NCBI GenBank assembly: GCA_013265495.1
Contig: MU061904.1
Span: 1,054,001-1,118,000 of the forward strand
Length of the DNA stretch: 64,000 nucleotides
Reading direction: 5' to 3'
From: Vicugna vicugna
Lineage: Eukaryota
Shown in pieces: positions 35,602 to 48,899 of this stretch. The notes below the pieces were generated by a model. That model was not told the origin of the DNA, ran no database searches, and saw only the letters and a program-made list of their open reading frames with translations. The translations under genes and the position numbers were made by a program. Positions within the stretch are counted from its first letter, which is position 1; every line of letters starts with the position of its first letter.

Positions 35602-36835
35602 TTTTTTTGAAGTGTAGTTGATTTACAATATGATATTAGGTTCAGGTGCACAGCATACTGAGTCAGTATTTTTACAGATTATGCTCCGTTAGACATTATT
35701 ACAAGATAATGGCTGTAATTCCTTGTGCTATACAGTATGTCCTTGTTGCTTATCTATTTTATACATCGCAGTTTGTGTCCCTTAATCCTACACTCCTAAT
35801 TTGCCCCTCCCCCCTTCTCTCTCCCCACTGGTGACCACTAGTTTGTTCTCTGTATCTGTGAGTCTGTTTCCCTTTTGCTATATACATTCATTTGTATTAC
35901 TTTTTAGATTCACATATAAGTGATATCATGCAGCATTTGTCTTTCTTTATCTGACTTAGTTCCCTAATTATAATATTCTCTAGGTCCATCCATGTTGTAG
36001 CAAAAGGCAGAATTTCCATGTNNNNNNNNNNNNNNNNNNNNNNNNNNNNNNNNNNNNNNNNNNNNNNNNNNNNNNNNNNNNNNNNNNNNNNNNNNNNNNN
36101 NNNNNNNNNNNNNNNNNNNNNNNNNNNNNNNNNNNNNNNNNNNNNNNNNNNNNNNNNNTGTATCTTTTCAAATTAGTGTTGTNNNNNNNNNNNNNNNNNN
36201 NNNNNNNNNNNNNNNNNNNNNNNNNNNNNNNNNNNNNNNNNNNNNNNNNNNNNNNNNNNNNNNNNNNNNNNNNNNNNNNNNNNNNNNNNNNNNNNNNNNN
36301 NNNNNNNNNNNNNNNNNNNNNNNNNNNNNNNNNNNNNNNNNNNNNNNNNNNNNNNNNNNNNNNNTTTGATGACACCCATTCTGACAGTTGTGGTATCTCA
36401 TTGTTGTTTTGATTGGCATTTCTCTAATAATTAGCAATCCTTTCATGTGCCTGTTGACCATCTGTATGTCTTCTTTAGAAAAATGGCAATTCAGGTTTTC
36501 TGCCCATTTTTGATCAGGTTGTTTTTTTTTGATACTGAGTCATATGAGCTGTGTACACATTTTTGGTATTAACTCATTATTGGTCACATAATTTGCAAAT
36601 ATTTTCTCCTATTCCATAGGTTGTCTTTTCATTTTGTCAATAGTTTCCTTTGTTGTGCAAAAGCTTTTAAGTTTAATTAATTCCCGTTTGTTTATTTTTT
36701 GCTGTTATTTCTTTTACCTTAGGGAGACAAATCCAAAAGATATTGCTACAACTTATGGCAAAGAATGTTCTGCCTATGTTCTCTTCTAAGTTTTATGATT
36801 TCAGGTCTTACATTTAGATCTTTAATCCATTTTAT
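35602..36835 (-). mobile_element. L1 3' end + ORF2 C-terminus (two gaps inside)
   Basis: TTTTTTGAAGTGTAGTTGATTTACAAT...; antisense ORF2 text GTGCAAAAGCTTTTAAGTTTAATT. Confidence 0.9.
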
Positions 36836-36944
36836 TTTACTCATTGAATCATATTTGGTATTATTATCTCTGATCCTTTTTGAAATAGAGCAATATATAA
36901 ATTCGTTATTTGATATCAAGTTGATGTATTTAAGTGTATAATTT

Positions 36945-37252
36945 TTGATGAATAATTGACATACAACATCATATTAGTTTCAGGTGTATCTCATAGTGAT
37001 TCAATATTAAGATATGTTACAAAATGATCACCATGATATGTCTAGTTACCATCTGTCACCAAAGTTATCACAGTACTACTGACTATATTCTCTATGCTGT
37101 GCATTACATCCCTGTAACTTACTTATATTACAACTGGAAGTTTGCACCTCTTAATACCCTTCACCTGTTTCGCCCTACCCTCCCCCCTCACTCCTCTCCC
37201 CTCTGGCAATCACTAGTTTGTTCTCTGTATCCATGAATCTGTTTCTGTTTTT
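36945..37252 (-). mobile_element. L1 (L1MA9-like) 3' end
   Basis: AATTGACATACAACATCATATTAGTTTTCAGGTG...AGTTACCATCTGTCACCA. Confidence 0.8.
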
Positions 37253-37308
37253 AAATGTATAACTTGGTCAGAAAAGAATAACAAATTTGTTAACTGAATT
37301 GCATTTAC

Positions 37309-37350
37309 TGTGTGTGTGCGTGCGCACGTGCATGCGTGTGCGCGCGCGCG
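37309..37350. repeat. 42-bp perfect alternating pyrimidine-purine tract ending in (CG)5
   Basis: TGTGTGTGTGCGTGCGCACGTGCATGCGTGTGCGCGCGCGCG. Confidence 0.9.
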
Positions 37351-37769
37351 GTTATGTGTAAAACAAAGCTATAAACTGCTAATCTCCTGCCTGCCCACTT
37401 CCCACTGCCACTCCCCTGGGGTCGCCCCCACATGGCCACATGTGGGAACTGCAGGACTGACACTAAGGCAGGAAAACAGGTGGGCAGCAAGAGGCCCACT
37501 CACTGGTCAAATGCTGCCATTTCTGGGATAGGTCACCCAGGTGACAGGAGGAGGGGATACAGGATGGCCCAGAGCTGTAGAGGTGGTTCAGGGTCAGAGC
37601 CACCCGGGGTATAGGTCCCTCTTTCTGTAATTCCTATTGAATTTCACCTCCTTTTAACAGGACACTGCCCATCCACTGGCATTAACGATCTTACTTAATA
37701 AAATGAGAGCTGACACACAGTACCACCTGACTGAGGTACCATTTTAAAGGTTTATATCTCATTGAGAAT

Positions 37770-37890
37770 TATCAATATCATCATCATCATGCCATTTTCA
37801 CAGATGAGGAATCTGAGGACAGAGGTCTTTAAAACTTAAGTGCCAGAGCCCGGGATTCAAAACCAGACAATCTAGCTACAGAGCCCATGC
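37770..37890 (-). mobile_element. MIR
   Basis: CCATTTTCACAGATGAGGAATCTGAGG...GGGATTCAAAACCAG. Confidence 0.75.
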
Positions 37891-38619
37891 ACTGGGCCAG
37901 CATGCACCCTGAGAGATTAGACTTCACCTAACTAAATCAAGGAATGATTTTCAGTGATGTAGTTCATAGTAGGGATGTGGAATATATAGAAAGCTCAGAT
38001 AATTTTATAAGGCCTATAAAAGATTTGATTGCTGTTAGTTTAGCAGAATCTTTGAAGAGACCAACACCATTTATAATATCATTGACATTTGGAAAGATGT
38101 TCCACTTATTGAGGCTACAAGTTACCTAAGGACAGTAATTAAATAGTGACATTGCTGGAAGAGTTTGATGCCACTTCCTGTATCACATCATGGCCCAGAC
38201 AGCTGCATCATTTAAGGAGGTCAGCCACCTCAAACAGAAGCTCACACCAACAATTCCTAAACATGAACAAAATCATTTGGAAATCATCCGATTTTTCTAA
38301 TGAACCGTTTGTGCTACCACCAAGAGAATAAAAGAGAATATATTCTTAATTTTTGATGTATACATATATCGAATTGCATGCTTTACATGATATTTCCAGT
38401 TAAATATGTAAGTATCAACTTCTATTCCTACCCAGTAAATAAGTTGGTTAGATTTTCATAAATGCTACCCTGCTAAGGGCATTCCTCTGCATCCCATTCT
38501 TCTCAGTAATTCCTTTCAACCGCTGCACAGCAAGTCCTCTTGAGACACCCCCCCACCCAACCCCCCGTCCCGACACATCCCATTTACCTTCTCCCTACTC
38601 ATGAAGACTCAGGCTGTTT

Positions 38620-39260
38620 CCAACCCTGCACACTTCTCCTCGTGCACAAGTTGAAGCGTTTTTCTTGGGTATAAATGCTGAAATAGAATTGCTGGGCAAC
38701 AATCTACACACATTTTCTATTTTACCAGGTTCTGCCGAATCACTCTCCCACTGTTGGTATATGAAATGACCATTTTTCTTTTTATCCTCATCAATACTCA
38801 ATATTGTTAGACTTGATTTTTTCAGTCTGATGAGTGAAAATGGTATCCCAAAGTTGTTTCAATCTTAAGTTCCCTGATTCCATGTGTGTTAGCATTGAGA
38901 TGTCCTCTTCTGTAAATTGTCTGTTCATATTTTTTTGTTAAGCCATTTGCCCTTTTCTTTCATTGGAGCAGTTCTTTGTAATGTCTGGTTACTAATCCCG
39001 TGCCTTTTGTATACATTACATATTTGTTCCTTGTCTTTTCACTTTTATGGTGATATCTCTGGTCATCCTGAAAATGACATCAAATTGTTCTTTCCCTTCG
39101 TGGCTGGGGAGTGGGGTGGTAATCTTATTTAGAAGCACCTTCCCTACCTGAGATCTTAAAGATAGTTTTCCATTCTTTTCTAATAGTTTCAGGACTTATT
39201 TTTCATGCTGACTTCTTATTGCATCTGGGATTTCTTTTGTGTATGGTATGAGGCAGGGAG
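38620..39260 (-). mobile_element. Old L1M fragments
   Basis: Antisense L1 ORF2-like text (GAAATAGAATTGCTGGG, TGTCCTCTTCTGTAAATTGTCTGTTCATAT, GTATGGTATGAGGCAGGG). Confidence 0.65.
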
Positions 39261-39834
39261 ACACACAGAAGGGAACTGAGGAGACAAAGATGGCAGCCAC
39301 TAAAAATAATATTACTGAAAAAAGTAATGACATGAAAAGATTTACCATATTATACATTTTTAAAGCCAGTTACAAAACTTCATGTGCATTATTAATTGCA
39401 CTTAAATTCAACTATATGCATATTTTTAAAGGATGTATCAGGTCACCCTTGGACCCCTCCTCTTTCCTGGTGGTCCTCCCATCAGTGTCCCCTCTCCACC
39501 CCCCCACCTTCTCCTGGGACTGGTCTTTCCTAGTCTGTGGGAAAGGAAGAACTCTTCCCCCAAGAATCATCCTTCGACCTTTAATCAATAATGGGACAGC
39601 CAGTTTGCCTGGGACAGCCCAGTTTTCCCTGGTTTCTCCACTCTTATGAGCACCCCTCCTCACTCAGCATATTTGATACCCATGGCAAATCATATTTTAA
39701 CACATCCCACTTTTTACATACTAAAAAATCAATGAGCTAAAATTTGCATTTATCAAGCAAAAATACTACAACTCTCCATTTGCACTGTTTCACTGTTTGA
39801 TTTTTGAATACAAATAAAAACTCCAAAAGGTCAC

Positions 39835-39960
39835 AGTGTCAGAACTGAGCTGAACTGCAGGACACCCAATGTCTGGTGTCTGGAGAACTGGACAATTGGC
39901 TGGTGTGGGGAGAAGGAAAAAAAACTGCACATTTGGTGCCATAAGTGTAAGTAAAAACAG
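39835..39960 (+). mobile_element. MER21-like LTR fragment
   Basis: GTGTCAGAACTGAGCTGAACTGCAGGACACCCA...CACATTTGGTG...GTAAAAACAG. Confidence 0.5.
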
Positions 39961-42128
39961 TGCAGAAAGAGGCAAGGGCGCCCCCTCCCTTTCTAAGAGC
40001 ACATCTCTCACACTTCCATTTCCGCCCCTCCGGCCAGACGCGAAGCTTGTTGTATACGGACTTTGAAAACTGACTGTTAAGGAGTGCCGAGAATGTTCGT
40101 TGAGAGAGTGGTAGTTATTTTGGTAAAATACAAAACAGGCTTAGAGGCTAGGCCATGTATAGGAAGTCTGGGGCTTGTGACTTTGGATTCCTTTCCTGAG
40201 AGATGTGGGGGATTTATTTGTCAAGCAAGTGCATTAGTGGGATTAAGTTCAGCTATAACAGAAAACCCACAGCAACAGGGGTCTGGTTCTGTTTCCTGTT
40301 CCGGACTGGCTGAAGTGATAGTGCGACTTTGCGTTGACTGGAAGCCCACTGTGGACCGGGCAAGGTCCTAGATACTTTACATTTAGTCTTCACAAGACCC
40401 TATAAAGGAGGTCCGCACTTTACAGGTGAGAAACAGAAGCTCAGAGAAGGGCGGGAACTAGCCCAAGGTCACACAGCTCCTCCAAGGTCAAGCCTTCACA
40501 GATCCAAAGATGTTTCCAGTCCGCTGCTTGCCCCTCAGAGGATGACAGGTGCCACCCTCCTGTCTCCCTCCCCCACATCAGTGCTAAGGGGGAGGGGGCA
40601 ACAGCCAGCTAACTGTGGAGTTGACAGAAGCGTGTTTTCCCAGACTGGCTTTCGGAACATACGTGTTAATGGTTGAAAACTAAAACCGGAATGTGTTTTC
40701 ACACTCATCACCCCACACTGCTCTGTTAATTTTTTCAAATCCCACAGAGCAACATATTTTGGTTGTGCTTCTGGTTCACCAAGTGCAACTAATCAGCACA
40801 TCCACTCACTCAGATAGAAACCAGTGCCAAGGACATGTGAGTCAAGACACCGGGGTGATGAGTCTTTAGGCACTCCCGGCCTCCCCAGCCCACCCCGCCT
40901 CCTCCACAGACCACGCTGTGGTTCCGAGTCGGGTGGGAGGTGCTCTCCAGTATCCTTCTCCATGAGCTCCCGGCAAGAAGTCCTGAAGAGCCCGGGTGGT
41001 AGGAAAGCCTTGCAGGGGTGACACTAGACGGCTCACCAATCACACCAACCTGACCCTCGAGACAGTCCTTCAGGAGAGCAAGTACAGCTGCATTTCGCAG
41101 AGAACTAACTGAAGTTCAGAGATATCAAGTAATCTGTCCCAAGTCACATAGCCTAAAAATAACAGAAGCAGGACGCAAACACAGGACTTCTGACTCTGAG
41201 AACAGAGCTTGATCCTGTTCCCAGAAGTTCCTCCTCACTGTGTCCCCCTGCTCCCACTCCCTGCTGTCAACTGGTAACTTCCAGAGTGAAGGCTCATCCT
41301 GCTGGTGTGGGTGCCCGGGGTGGGGACTGACAAGGAGACCTGGTGTTTATGGGCCAGAGATGCCTAGAGACGAGAGGGAGAAGAGAGAAACAGAGAGACA
41401 GAGAGAAGCAGACAGATTGAGGGGGCGGTCCTCACCCTGAGCAGAAGCCACGGTTCAAGAAGCTCATGATCTAGCTAAGGAGCTAAGACCTAACACAGGG
41501 AGACACCAGAAAGGAGATGGAAAATGCATGAGACCAAGCACATGTCAGCAGCACGGGTGACAGAGGAGGGCTGAGTGGGGGGAGGGTGGGCTGCGGCTGG
41601 GCTGGCAGGGTTCGGACAGGGCCCCGAGGGAGGGTGGAAGGAAGACCAGCCTGGAGCAGGGGTGAGCAGGCGAGACCCCCCTGCCAAGGGTGCAGGACTG
41701 CACAGGACTCCATGGCGTGGGTGCTGCCAGGATGGATAGAATCCATTGATGGACGCCTGGGTTGTTCCCAGTCTCTCACCCACAAAGGTGGAGTAGATTT
41801 CCCTCGTGTTGTAGGTTAAGTCCCTGAGGCAGACAGACTTTCCTGTAGGGAGACAGCCCCAGAGATGCCTTTCTGCTTCCCTCCAGCTCAGTGATGTGGT
41901 AGTTTGTGCTCTGATCGGGTATTTGAGGAAATGCAGGGAAATTAAATTTATAAGGTTTGCTTTCTGTCTTCAAAGCATCACAGAGTCGAAAGGCACACTT
42001 ACCCACCCACGCCTAGGGGAAACCATGCAGACTTTCAGGCCCCTTTAGTGCAGCTCAATTTTGAATTAGAAAATAAATTACTACATCTTAGCAGCCATGC
42101 CTTACAACCTTATATGACTTTCTAGAAT

Positions 42129-42448
42129 AGCACTGCCCAATAGAACGTTCTTTTTTGGGGTGGGGGAGGGTAATTAGGTTTATTTATTTACTTACTTACT
42201 TAATGGAGGTACTGGGGTTTGAACCCAGGACTTTGTGCATGCTAAGCAGGCACTCTACCATTGAGCTATGCCCTCCCCCTAGCAAAATTTTCTTGATGGT
42301 GGAAATGTGGCTGTTGAACACTTGAAGTGTAGCTAGGATGAGTGTGAATTTATGTAAACTTGTTTAGATTTATGTACACTTAATTATTTAAAAATGTTCA
42401 TTTTAATAGCTGTCTGTAGCTAGTGTCCATATTGGACAGCGCAGTTCT
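42129..42448. mobile_element. MER3 MITE interrupted by a SINE
   Basis: GCACTGCCCAATAGAAC on the left; ATGGTGGAAATGTGGCTGTTGAACACTTGAAGTGTAGCTAG...ATATTGGACAGCGCAG on the right. Confidence 0.75.
42151..42279 (-). mobile_element. Camelid tRNA-derived SINE (Vic-1 type)
   Basis: Reverse complement: GGGGAGGGCATAGCTCAATGGTAGAGTGCCTGCTTAGCATGCACAAAGTCCTGGGTTCAAACCCCAGTACCTCC, then a (TAAG/TAAA)n tail. Pol III A and B boxes present. Confidence 0.88.
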
Positions 42449-43041
42449 GGGAGAACCAGCACCTTTCTGAACCTTGACTTTTCCCTGGATTTCTCTGCCT
42501 CTTGGTCAAAGTACAAAAGCGGGAACTATGGATACAGCAAGAGCCCTTGTTCTCCCCTCCTCACCTCTCACTCCCCTGCCCTTTCTCCCACCCAAGTTCT
42601 CTAGAGGCTTCTAGGACCAAATATTATTTCTAATAACAGAGCTTTCTCACTCCAGTTATAATCACAAATCCCTCTGGGGAGAAAGTCTTATAGTGAAACA
42701 AATGGCCTATCCAAAGGTTTCAGAAAATTACTTTCTAAAAACTCTTTGGAGTGGACTATGCAGGGAAATGAAATAAGTATCAGGTTGGTTTGAGTAAGTT
42801 ATCACATATGCCCCATGAGCTTCAGGGCATGTTTTGAGAAGGCTTTTTTTCCCTACTTCCAAATAACGGACAAATTGTTGATATAATGAGTGATCGAAGT
42901 AAGGGCTGGTTGGCAGCCTTCATAGCAGGAAGGCCTCTGCAGGGAGGAGAATATTAATCAAGGCCTCCTGAGAGCAGTGGGCAACCAGGAGAAAAACAAG
43001 CTTCTCCTTCATGCACAAGGCAGATGCTGGGTACGGCTCCA

Positions 43042-43170
43042 GCAGTGTTTCCCAGACTTTAATGTGCATGCATGCCACCTGGGGAGCCATGTTAAAATGC
43101 ACATTCCCATTCAGCAGGGCTGAGAGCCGCTGAAAATGCGGGTGCAGAGACCACACTTTGCAGAGTAAGC
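43042..43170. mobile_element. MER5-type MITE
   Basis: CAGTGTTTCCCAGACTTTAATGTGCAT...TGTTAAAATGCA...GAGACCACACTTTG. Confidence 0.7.
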
Positions 43171-43599
43171 CTCAAGGCCTCAAAGCTCCTGAAGCCCGCT
43201 CGGAACACCTGACGGTTGGCTGCCAGTGCCCTGACTCCCAGCCCTGCCGAGGGCTAGCTTCTCTTGAAATGATCATCTTGGAGTCTGTCCCCTAGGAATT
43301 CAGCCCCACTTTATAAATTCACCTGCTGCAACCAGAAATCAACAGACCTTTCCAAAGTTGTTGAAACAACATAGGACCAAACATACCAAAGTCCTGAGAG
43401 ACCCGTGTAAGGCAGCAGTCTGGGTGAATGCCTCTGCCCTGCAAGCTTACACTAGCCCACAAAGGGGCTGCTCTGAGGCCTGATGGTGGGGAAAACACCT
43501 GTTAGCACAAATCTAAGCTCCATCCTCCATTCTGGTTCCACTGATAATAATATTGATGTTTTCATTTATGTCTTCTTGCTTCCTACTCTCATTTAATTC

Positions 43600-44160
43600 A
43601 GCCTTAACTGGGGATGAAGTTGGGATAATTTGCCCTTCAAACCATTTTATCTCCATCTACAAAGTGAGGATAATAGAGCACTGATACCTCTGAGTTTGGG
43701 GAGGATTAAGTCAGTGCTCAGAGGGGTTGAGCACTGTCCCTAGTATAACAGGTGCTCACTAAATGCAAGCTGTCATAATTATAGGTATTTTATGATGTTT
43801 GTTCCATGAATAAGTACAGATCAATCTCCAGTAACGACCTCCTTCTTGACCTCCAGACCCAGTGCCTGCTTGATATTTTCACTGGAAGCAAACATTTCAT
43901 CTTTTCTCCAAGATCAGTTCCCCTCACCGTCTTGTCAGAGGTAGCCTCTTTGACCCTGTCAGAGATAACTGATCCACAGCCATTTTTTGCCTCCATATCC
44001 AAGTACCAATGACACTTTTCAATCATGCCTTCACAAAGCATCTTGAACCCACCCTCCTCTGTCTCCGTTGCCCACACCTCCCACACTTGTCCTTAGACTC
44101 CTGAAATACCTTCCCACCAGTCCTCCTGCCTTTGCCTCTCCCCTTTCCAGCCCTGTTATA
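43600..44160 (+). mobile_element. MIR (~43600-43790) followed by an L2 fragment
   Basis: CTCCATCTACAAAGTGAGGATAATAG (MIR) and CTCCAGACCCAGTGCCTGCTTGATATTTTCACTGGA (L2). Confidence 0.65.
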
Positions 44161-45377
44161 GGAACTGCCTCCAGGTCAGCCTCTCCCGAGCACCACTGGA
44201 GGTTTCAAAACGGTCCCAATAAGCAGTTCTAGAGACTTTTTTTCTTTTAAGCAGTAGCAGCATTGTTGACATAAGAGCATGACTTCTTAGGGGACTACCT
44301 GGGAAAAGGCCAAACACATGTACCCTGTTGCTTATAAAACTGCTCCACAATCAGCTGTGGTACTTTAGAGCCACAGCACAAGCACTGCTGGAGAGATGCA
44401 GATCTTCACTCCCTCATCCACACTCAGGGTGCTCCTACTATGGCTCGATGCTGAGGCAGTAACAGCCCAGCCTACTGATGGAGGCTTCAGTCTCAGGTCA
44501 GATAAACCTGTTCCTCAAAAAGCACTGGTTTTGTTTAGGTTTTTCCTTCTACATATTTGCTGTGGTTTTTGTCATCAAGCAAAATCATTGCTATTATTGC
44601 CTCATTGTCTGCTAGGGATTTTAGGACCTAGTATTATTTTGGAATTCATCTAGTTTAAACTAGAGATTTCCAAAGAAGCAAGTTTATTTGAAAACAGTGA
44701 TGACACTTGAGAATGCACATGTTCTAGTTCTCAGGTTTGAAGGTTAAAAGCTCTTAATCCAGTCGTTGGCCTCTCAGCCACCCCTCTGTTTAACCACTAC
44801 ATGGCATTTGACCCCTGGTATGCTCAGCCCACTGGCTCACGTGTAGGGCCACATGCTACAGGCCGGGCCCCCGACAGAGGAAACAGCTGGATTTTGGAAG
44901 AGGTATGCCACCACTTCCTTAACCAACCATAACAGGCATGTCACTTCAGAACTGATTCTTCTTAAAGGCAAGAACAAAACACTTGATTATTCTCAAAGAA
45001 ATAGCAGAAAATAAAACCAAACAGATGACTTGGGAAAATAATTCTACACAAGAGTCTGTATGTCATGATTCTTCCTAGTCCCATCCGCGAGTTCCATCCC
45101 CCGTCCTCCTGAAGACGACAGCTTCTACAGGCTAAATGGCCCCAAATCCCTCTAGTTTTGTGCCTGTTCATTCACATGGGCTCCTCCCTACTCACCAAGC
45201 AGAGTGGAGGGTCGCTCCTGACAAGCACCAAACTAAAACATGGCTGCCTTCCTCCACCAGATCTTATGAACCAATTCTGGACTTTGGGGGCAGACACTGG
45301 ACACTTCTATGGAGGCTAAAAACTTGTAGTCCAGATTTCTCAAGCAAGAAAATCCTAAATCTGAACAGGTTTTCTAG

Positions 45378-45581
45378 ACTTCTCCTTGAACTAACGCACA
45401 GATTTTTTCCAGTACTAAATACAATATGATCCATGTTGGTGGAATCCAAGGATGCAGAACCACAGATAAACCATGGATACAGAGGACCCATATATAGAAG
45501 GCCAACTGTAAGTTACACATAGATTTTCACCTGCAGGGGGGATCAGCACCTCTAACTCCCTCCTTGTTCAAGGGTCAACTA
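45378..45581. mobile_element. Tigger2-family non-autonomous element (MER8/Tigger2a-like)
   Basis: Ends TTGTTCAAGGGTCAACT followed by a TA-containing flank; internal GGAATCCAAGGATGCAGAACC. Confidence 0.75.
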
Positions 45582-45722
45582 TATTTTAGGCTTTGCAGGC
45601 CATATGGTTGGTCTCAGTTACAAATTCTCAACTCTGCTATTGTAGTGTAAAAGCAGCCACAGACAATACGGAACAAATGAGCATGGCTGTGTTCCAATAA
45701 AATTCATTTACAAAAGCAGGTA
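45582..45722 (+). mobile_element. MER58A fragment
   Basis: TATTTTAGGCTTTGCAGGCCAT...AAAGCAGCCACAGACAATAC...GGCTGTGTTCCAATAAAA. Confidence 0.8.
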
Positions 45723-45769
45723 TGAGCCATACTCTGCTTTAAAACAAGCCTCAAAGGACTAAACTGATC

Positions 45770-46960
45770 TGCAGGTAAATTAAGTACCTGTTAGAATAAA
45801 GCTCAGTATAAAGAAAAAAAGCCAGCAATGTAATATCCACAATGTATACTATCCTTTGTAGGTTACCAGACCTACAAAGAACTGGAAAATGACTTTCCAG
45901 GAGAAAAATAAGTCAATAGAAACAGATCCAGAAATGACAGATGGTGGAATGAGCAGATAAGGACATTTAAAAAGCTATTATAAACTTAAAACGGAGTATA
46001 ATCTATAAAAAATTGAATCACTAAGCTGTAAACCTGAAATTAATATAGTAAATCAAATATACTTCAGTAAGAATTATACATATTAAAAAATTAAAAACTA
46101 TTATAAACATGCTCTTTCATGCTCAAGGATGTAAAGAAAATATGAATACTGTGACAGAAATGATGTAAAAAATAACTAAATGGATCTGCTAAAGACGAAT
46201 ACAGTATCTGAAATGAAAATTTCACTGGAAAGGAATAATAACAAATTAGATACTGCAGAAAAAAAAGATCAGTGAACTTGAAAAAGTGCAATAGGATTTA
46301 TACAAAATGGAGAACAGAGGAGAAAAGGAATAATTAGCAGAGCCTCGGTGACCCACAGGATATCCAGCAATCTAAAAGACATGCCTACCACAGCCAACAA
46401 CATAAAACCCACCCTAATTGTAAGGATCAAGAGGCTGTAAGTAAAAGGATGGAAAAAGATACATGATGACATGGTATCAGATAAAGGAGGCTTCAGGACA
46501 AAGAAAGTTCCCAGATACAAAGGACATTTCACAATAACAAAAGGGACAATTCAACAAGAAGACATAATAATCCTAAATGTGAATGCAGACAAGAGCAAAA
46601 CTTCTAAACAGAAGAAACAAAAACTGACAGAACTAAAAGGAGACATATATGCAAATCCACAATTATAGTTGGTAATTTCAACATGCCTCTCTCAGCAACT
46701 TATAGAACAAGTGAAGAGAAAAAAGCAATTAAGGATATAGGAAACTTGAGCTCCACCAATCAATGTGACCTAATTGGTATTTATAGAATGTTACTGCCTG
46801 CAGAAAACACATTATTTTCAAATGAACAAGGAACACTCACCCAAGCAGACCATATGGTGGGCCATAAAACAAGTTTCAATAAATCTAAAAGGATTGAAAT
46901 CATCCAGAGTATGTTCTCAAACCACAATGGAATTAAATTATAAATCAATAACAAAAAAAA
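45770..46960 (+). mobile_element. Old L1M, ORF1 end + ORF2 endonuclease remnant
   Basis: ORF-track peptides ITKGTIQQEDIIILNVNA...KQKLTELKG and DHMVGHKTSFNKSKRIEIIQSMFSNHNGIKL match the L1 ORF2 APE domain. Confidence 0.9.
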
Positions 46961-46966
46961 ATTAAA

Positions 46967-47263
46967 ACAGTGCTTAGCAATAGAAATACAATGCAAGCCA
47001 CACACGTTAATTTTGAATTTTCTACTAGCCACATTTTTAAAAGTAGAAAGAAACAGATGAACTTAATCCTAATAATAGGTTTTCTTTAACCCACTATATC
47101 AAAATTACTCATTTCTACATGTAAGCAGCATTTTTAAATTGAGATATTTTACCTTTTGTTTCATGCTAAGTCTTCCAAATCCAAGAAGTTACTTACAGCA
47201 CAACACAATTTAAACCAGGCACATCTCAAGTGCTCACCTGTGGCTACCATATTGGACAGTGCA
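46967..47263. mobile_element. MER33 MITE
   Basis: CAGTGCTTAGCAATAGAAATACAATGCAAGCCACA...GTGGCTACCATATTGGACAGTGCA. Confidence 0.8.
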
Positions 47264-48249
47264 ACTTCTATGGTAAGCTAATGTTAGAGTTGGTAATTTT
47301 AACACCCATCTATACTAGGTTGTTCAATTTTCCCCCTCAAAGGAAAAAAGTCTTGCCGTGAAACAGAAGGCTTTTGAAATGTTTACAGCTATCTTAAAAA
47401 ATGTTAACACATCAATCATCGGGGTTGCCAATCTTGTCTTCAAACTTTTACTTCCTCTTTCACTCACCCACTATCGTGGTGGGCAAAACACTTCCCAATT
47501 TTAGCCATTGTTCTCAAATTGGTCTACCACTCGTTCCATGAATACCTGTTGGCTAACTTAGGATTCTCCTGTTCTTACGTCTGTCAGATGCCCCATTGCC
47601 TCCTTTTATTTTTCCTGCACAGACACAACAGTACACAGGTCTTGTGCCTCTTAGTGGTTTATCCCCACTCCACTCATATTTTTGAGGCCATGGGGATATC
47701 TTGCCATGCAGTTGTGCTGCAAATGTTGTCGAGGGGTTTCTGGTTGCTACATTTTTATGTGGAGAGTAAGAAAATTCAAAAAATCTGAAAGATGTTCCAG
47801 CTACAACCATCATTGCAGAATTTGGTTTTCTAAATATATGTATGTATTACTGATAAAAATAAAAATTTTCAAGAGAGAATATTGTCTGAACTCCCCTCCT
47901 TGGCTTTACCTCTGGCTGCAAATGTGGAATAAAGAGGACCCAAAGAAATGATACAGGACTGCAGGAAGGAGAAGGAACCAAAGAAACACTTTCAACAAAC
48001 ACCCTAAGTACAAGAAGCCAGGCAGAGAGGAAAATCTTGGATTTACACCCAAAGATTAGCCACCAGAGACAACAACTAGATGAAACAAAACAGCTCTGAA
48101 TGGTGAAATAGGACACACATCCTGGAGATTCCCCAGAGAAATAAAGGCGTTGTTAGTGGAATTAAAATTGGTTCAGGCAGTACAGCTTCATTCTTTACTC
48201 AGCTGTTAAGAAAAATACAAGCCTGAGTGGGATTTTGGAAAACAACAGT

Positions 48250-48890
48250 TGTCGTGCCAGCTTTAAATCCACCCTCATGCACTGCACTTTGTGATACTGG
48301 AGTTGTGACCTATAAACATTCCTCCCTCGCCAGTGAACACATTACTAGGCACCGTCAGTAGAAGGCACTTCAAGTGAAAGGGGCTTCACTTTTGGTTCTG
48401 GTGCTTTTCCGTCTTGCTCCTAATGTGGCACTGTCAGCATGTGGCTTTCTGGCCAGCCGGCAGCTTCTCTGCCGGTGGTACACACTCTCCATGATTTTGC
48501 TGGCACCCCAGGAGGTGGCTTTCCCCTAAGTGTCACTGGCACCCCAGCAAGTGACTCCTAGCGAGTTTCCCTGACACCTTAAACTATGGCACCTCAGCAA
48601 ACTTCCCCATCCAGTGGACCACACCACACTGTCCTCTCAGTGAGAGCTGAATCTCAGTCCTGGGGGAGGAGGAGGGGGGCTCTTCCAAGTTTGCTCCTTT
48701 CCTGGGGACTCTCAGTCTACAAGCAGAGGCTGCGCCCTACATCTGCTATCCTCGTATTCTTTAGAGATGTCTGCCCCATCTTTGTGGTTAATTCCCTGTT
48801 AACTAGTTAATAATTCTTCATACTGAATTTTCCCCGTTCAAATTACTGGTATGATTTCTTTCTCCTGAATCAATCCTGAACCCTAAATGA
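48250..48890 (+). mobile_element. LTR33-like ERVL solo LTR
   Basis: CAGCTTTAAATCCACCCT...CTTTGTGATACTGG start and AAATTACTGGTATGATTTC...CCTGAACCCTAAATGATA end. Confidence 0.65.
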
Positions 48891-48899
48891 TATCATAAT

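Noticed and set aside
39975-39995. GCGCCCCCT as a CTCF site (similar partial matches near 35217 and 59950)
   Set aside because: Only half of the motif matches; highly conserved core positions are wrong.
46471-46943. Endonuclease-like ORFs as a gene
   Set aside because: Frameshifted, stop-interrupted remnants of L1 ORF2.
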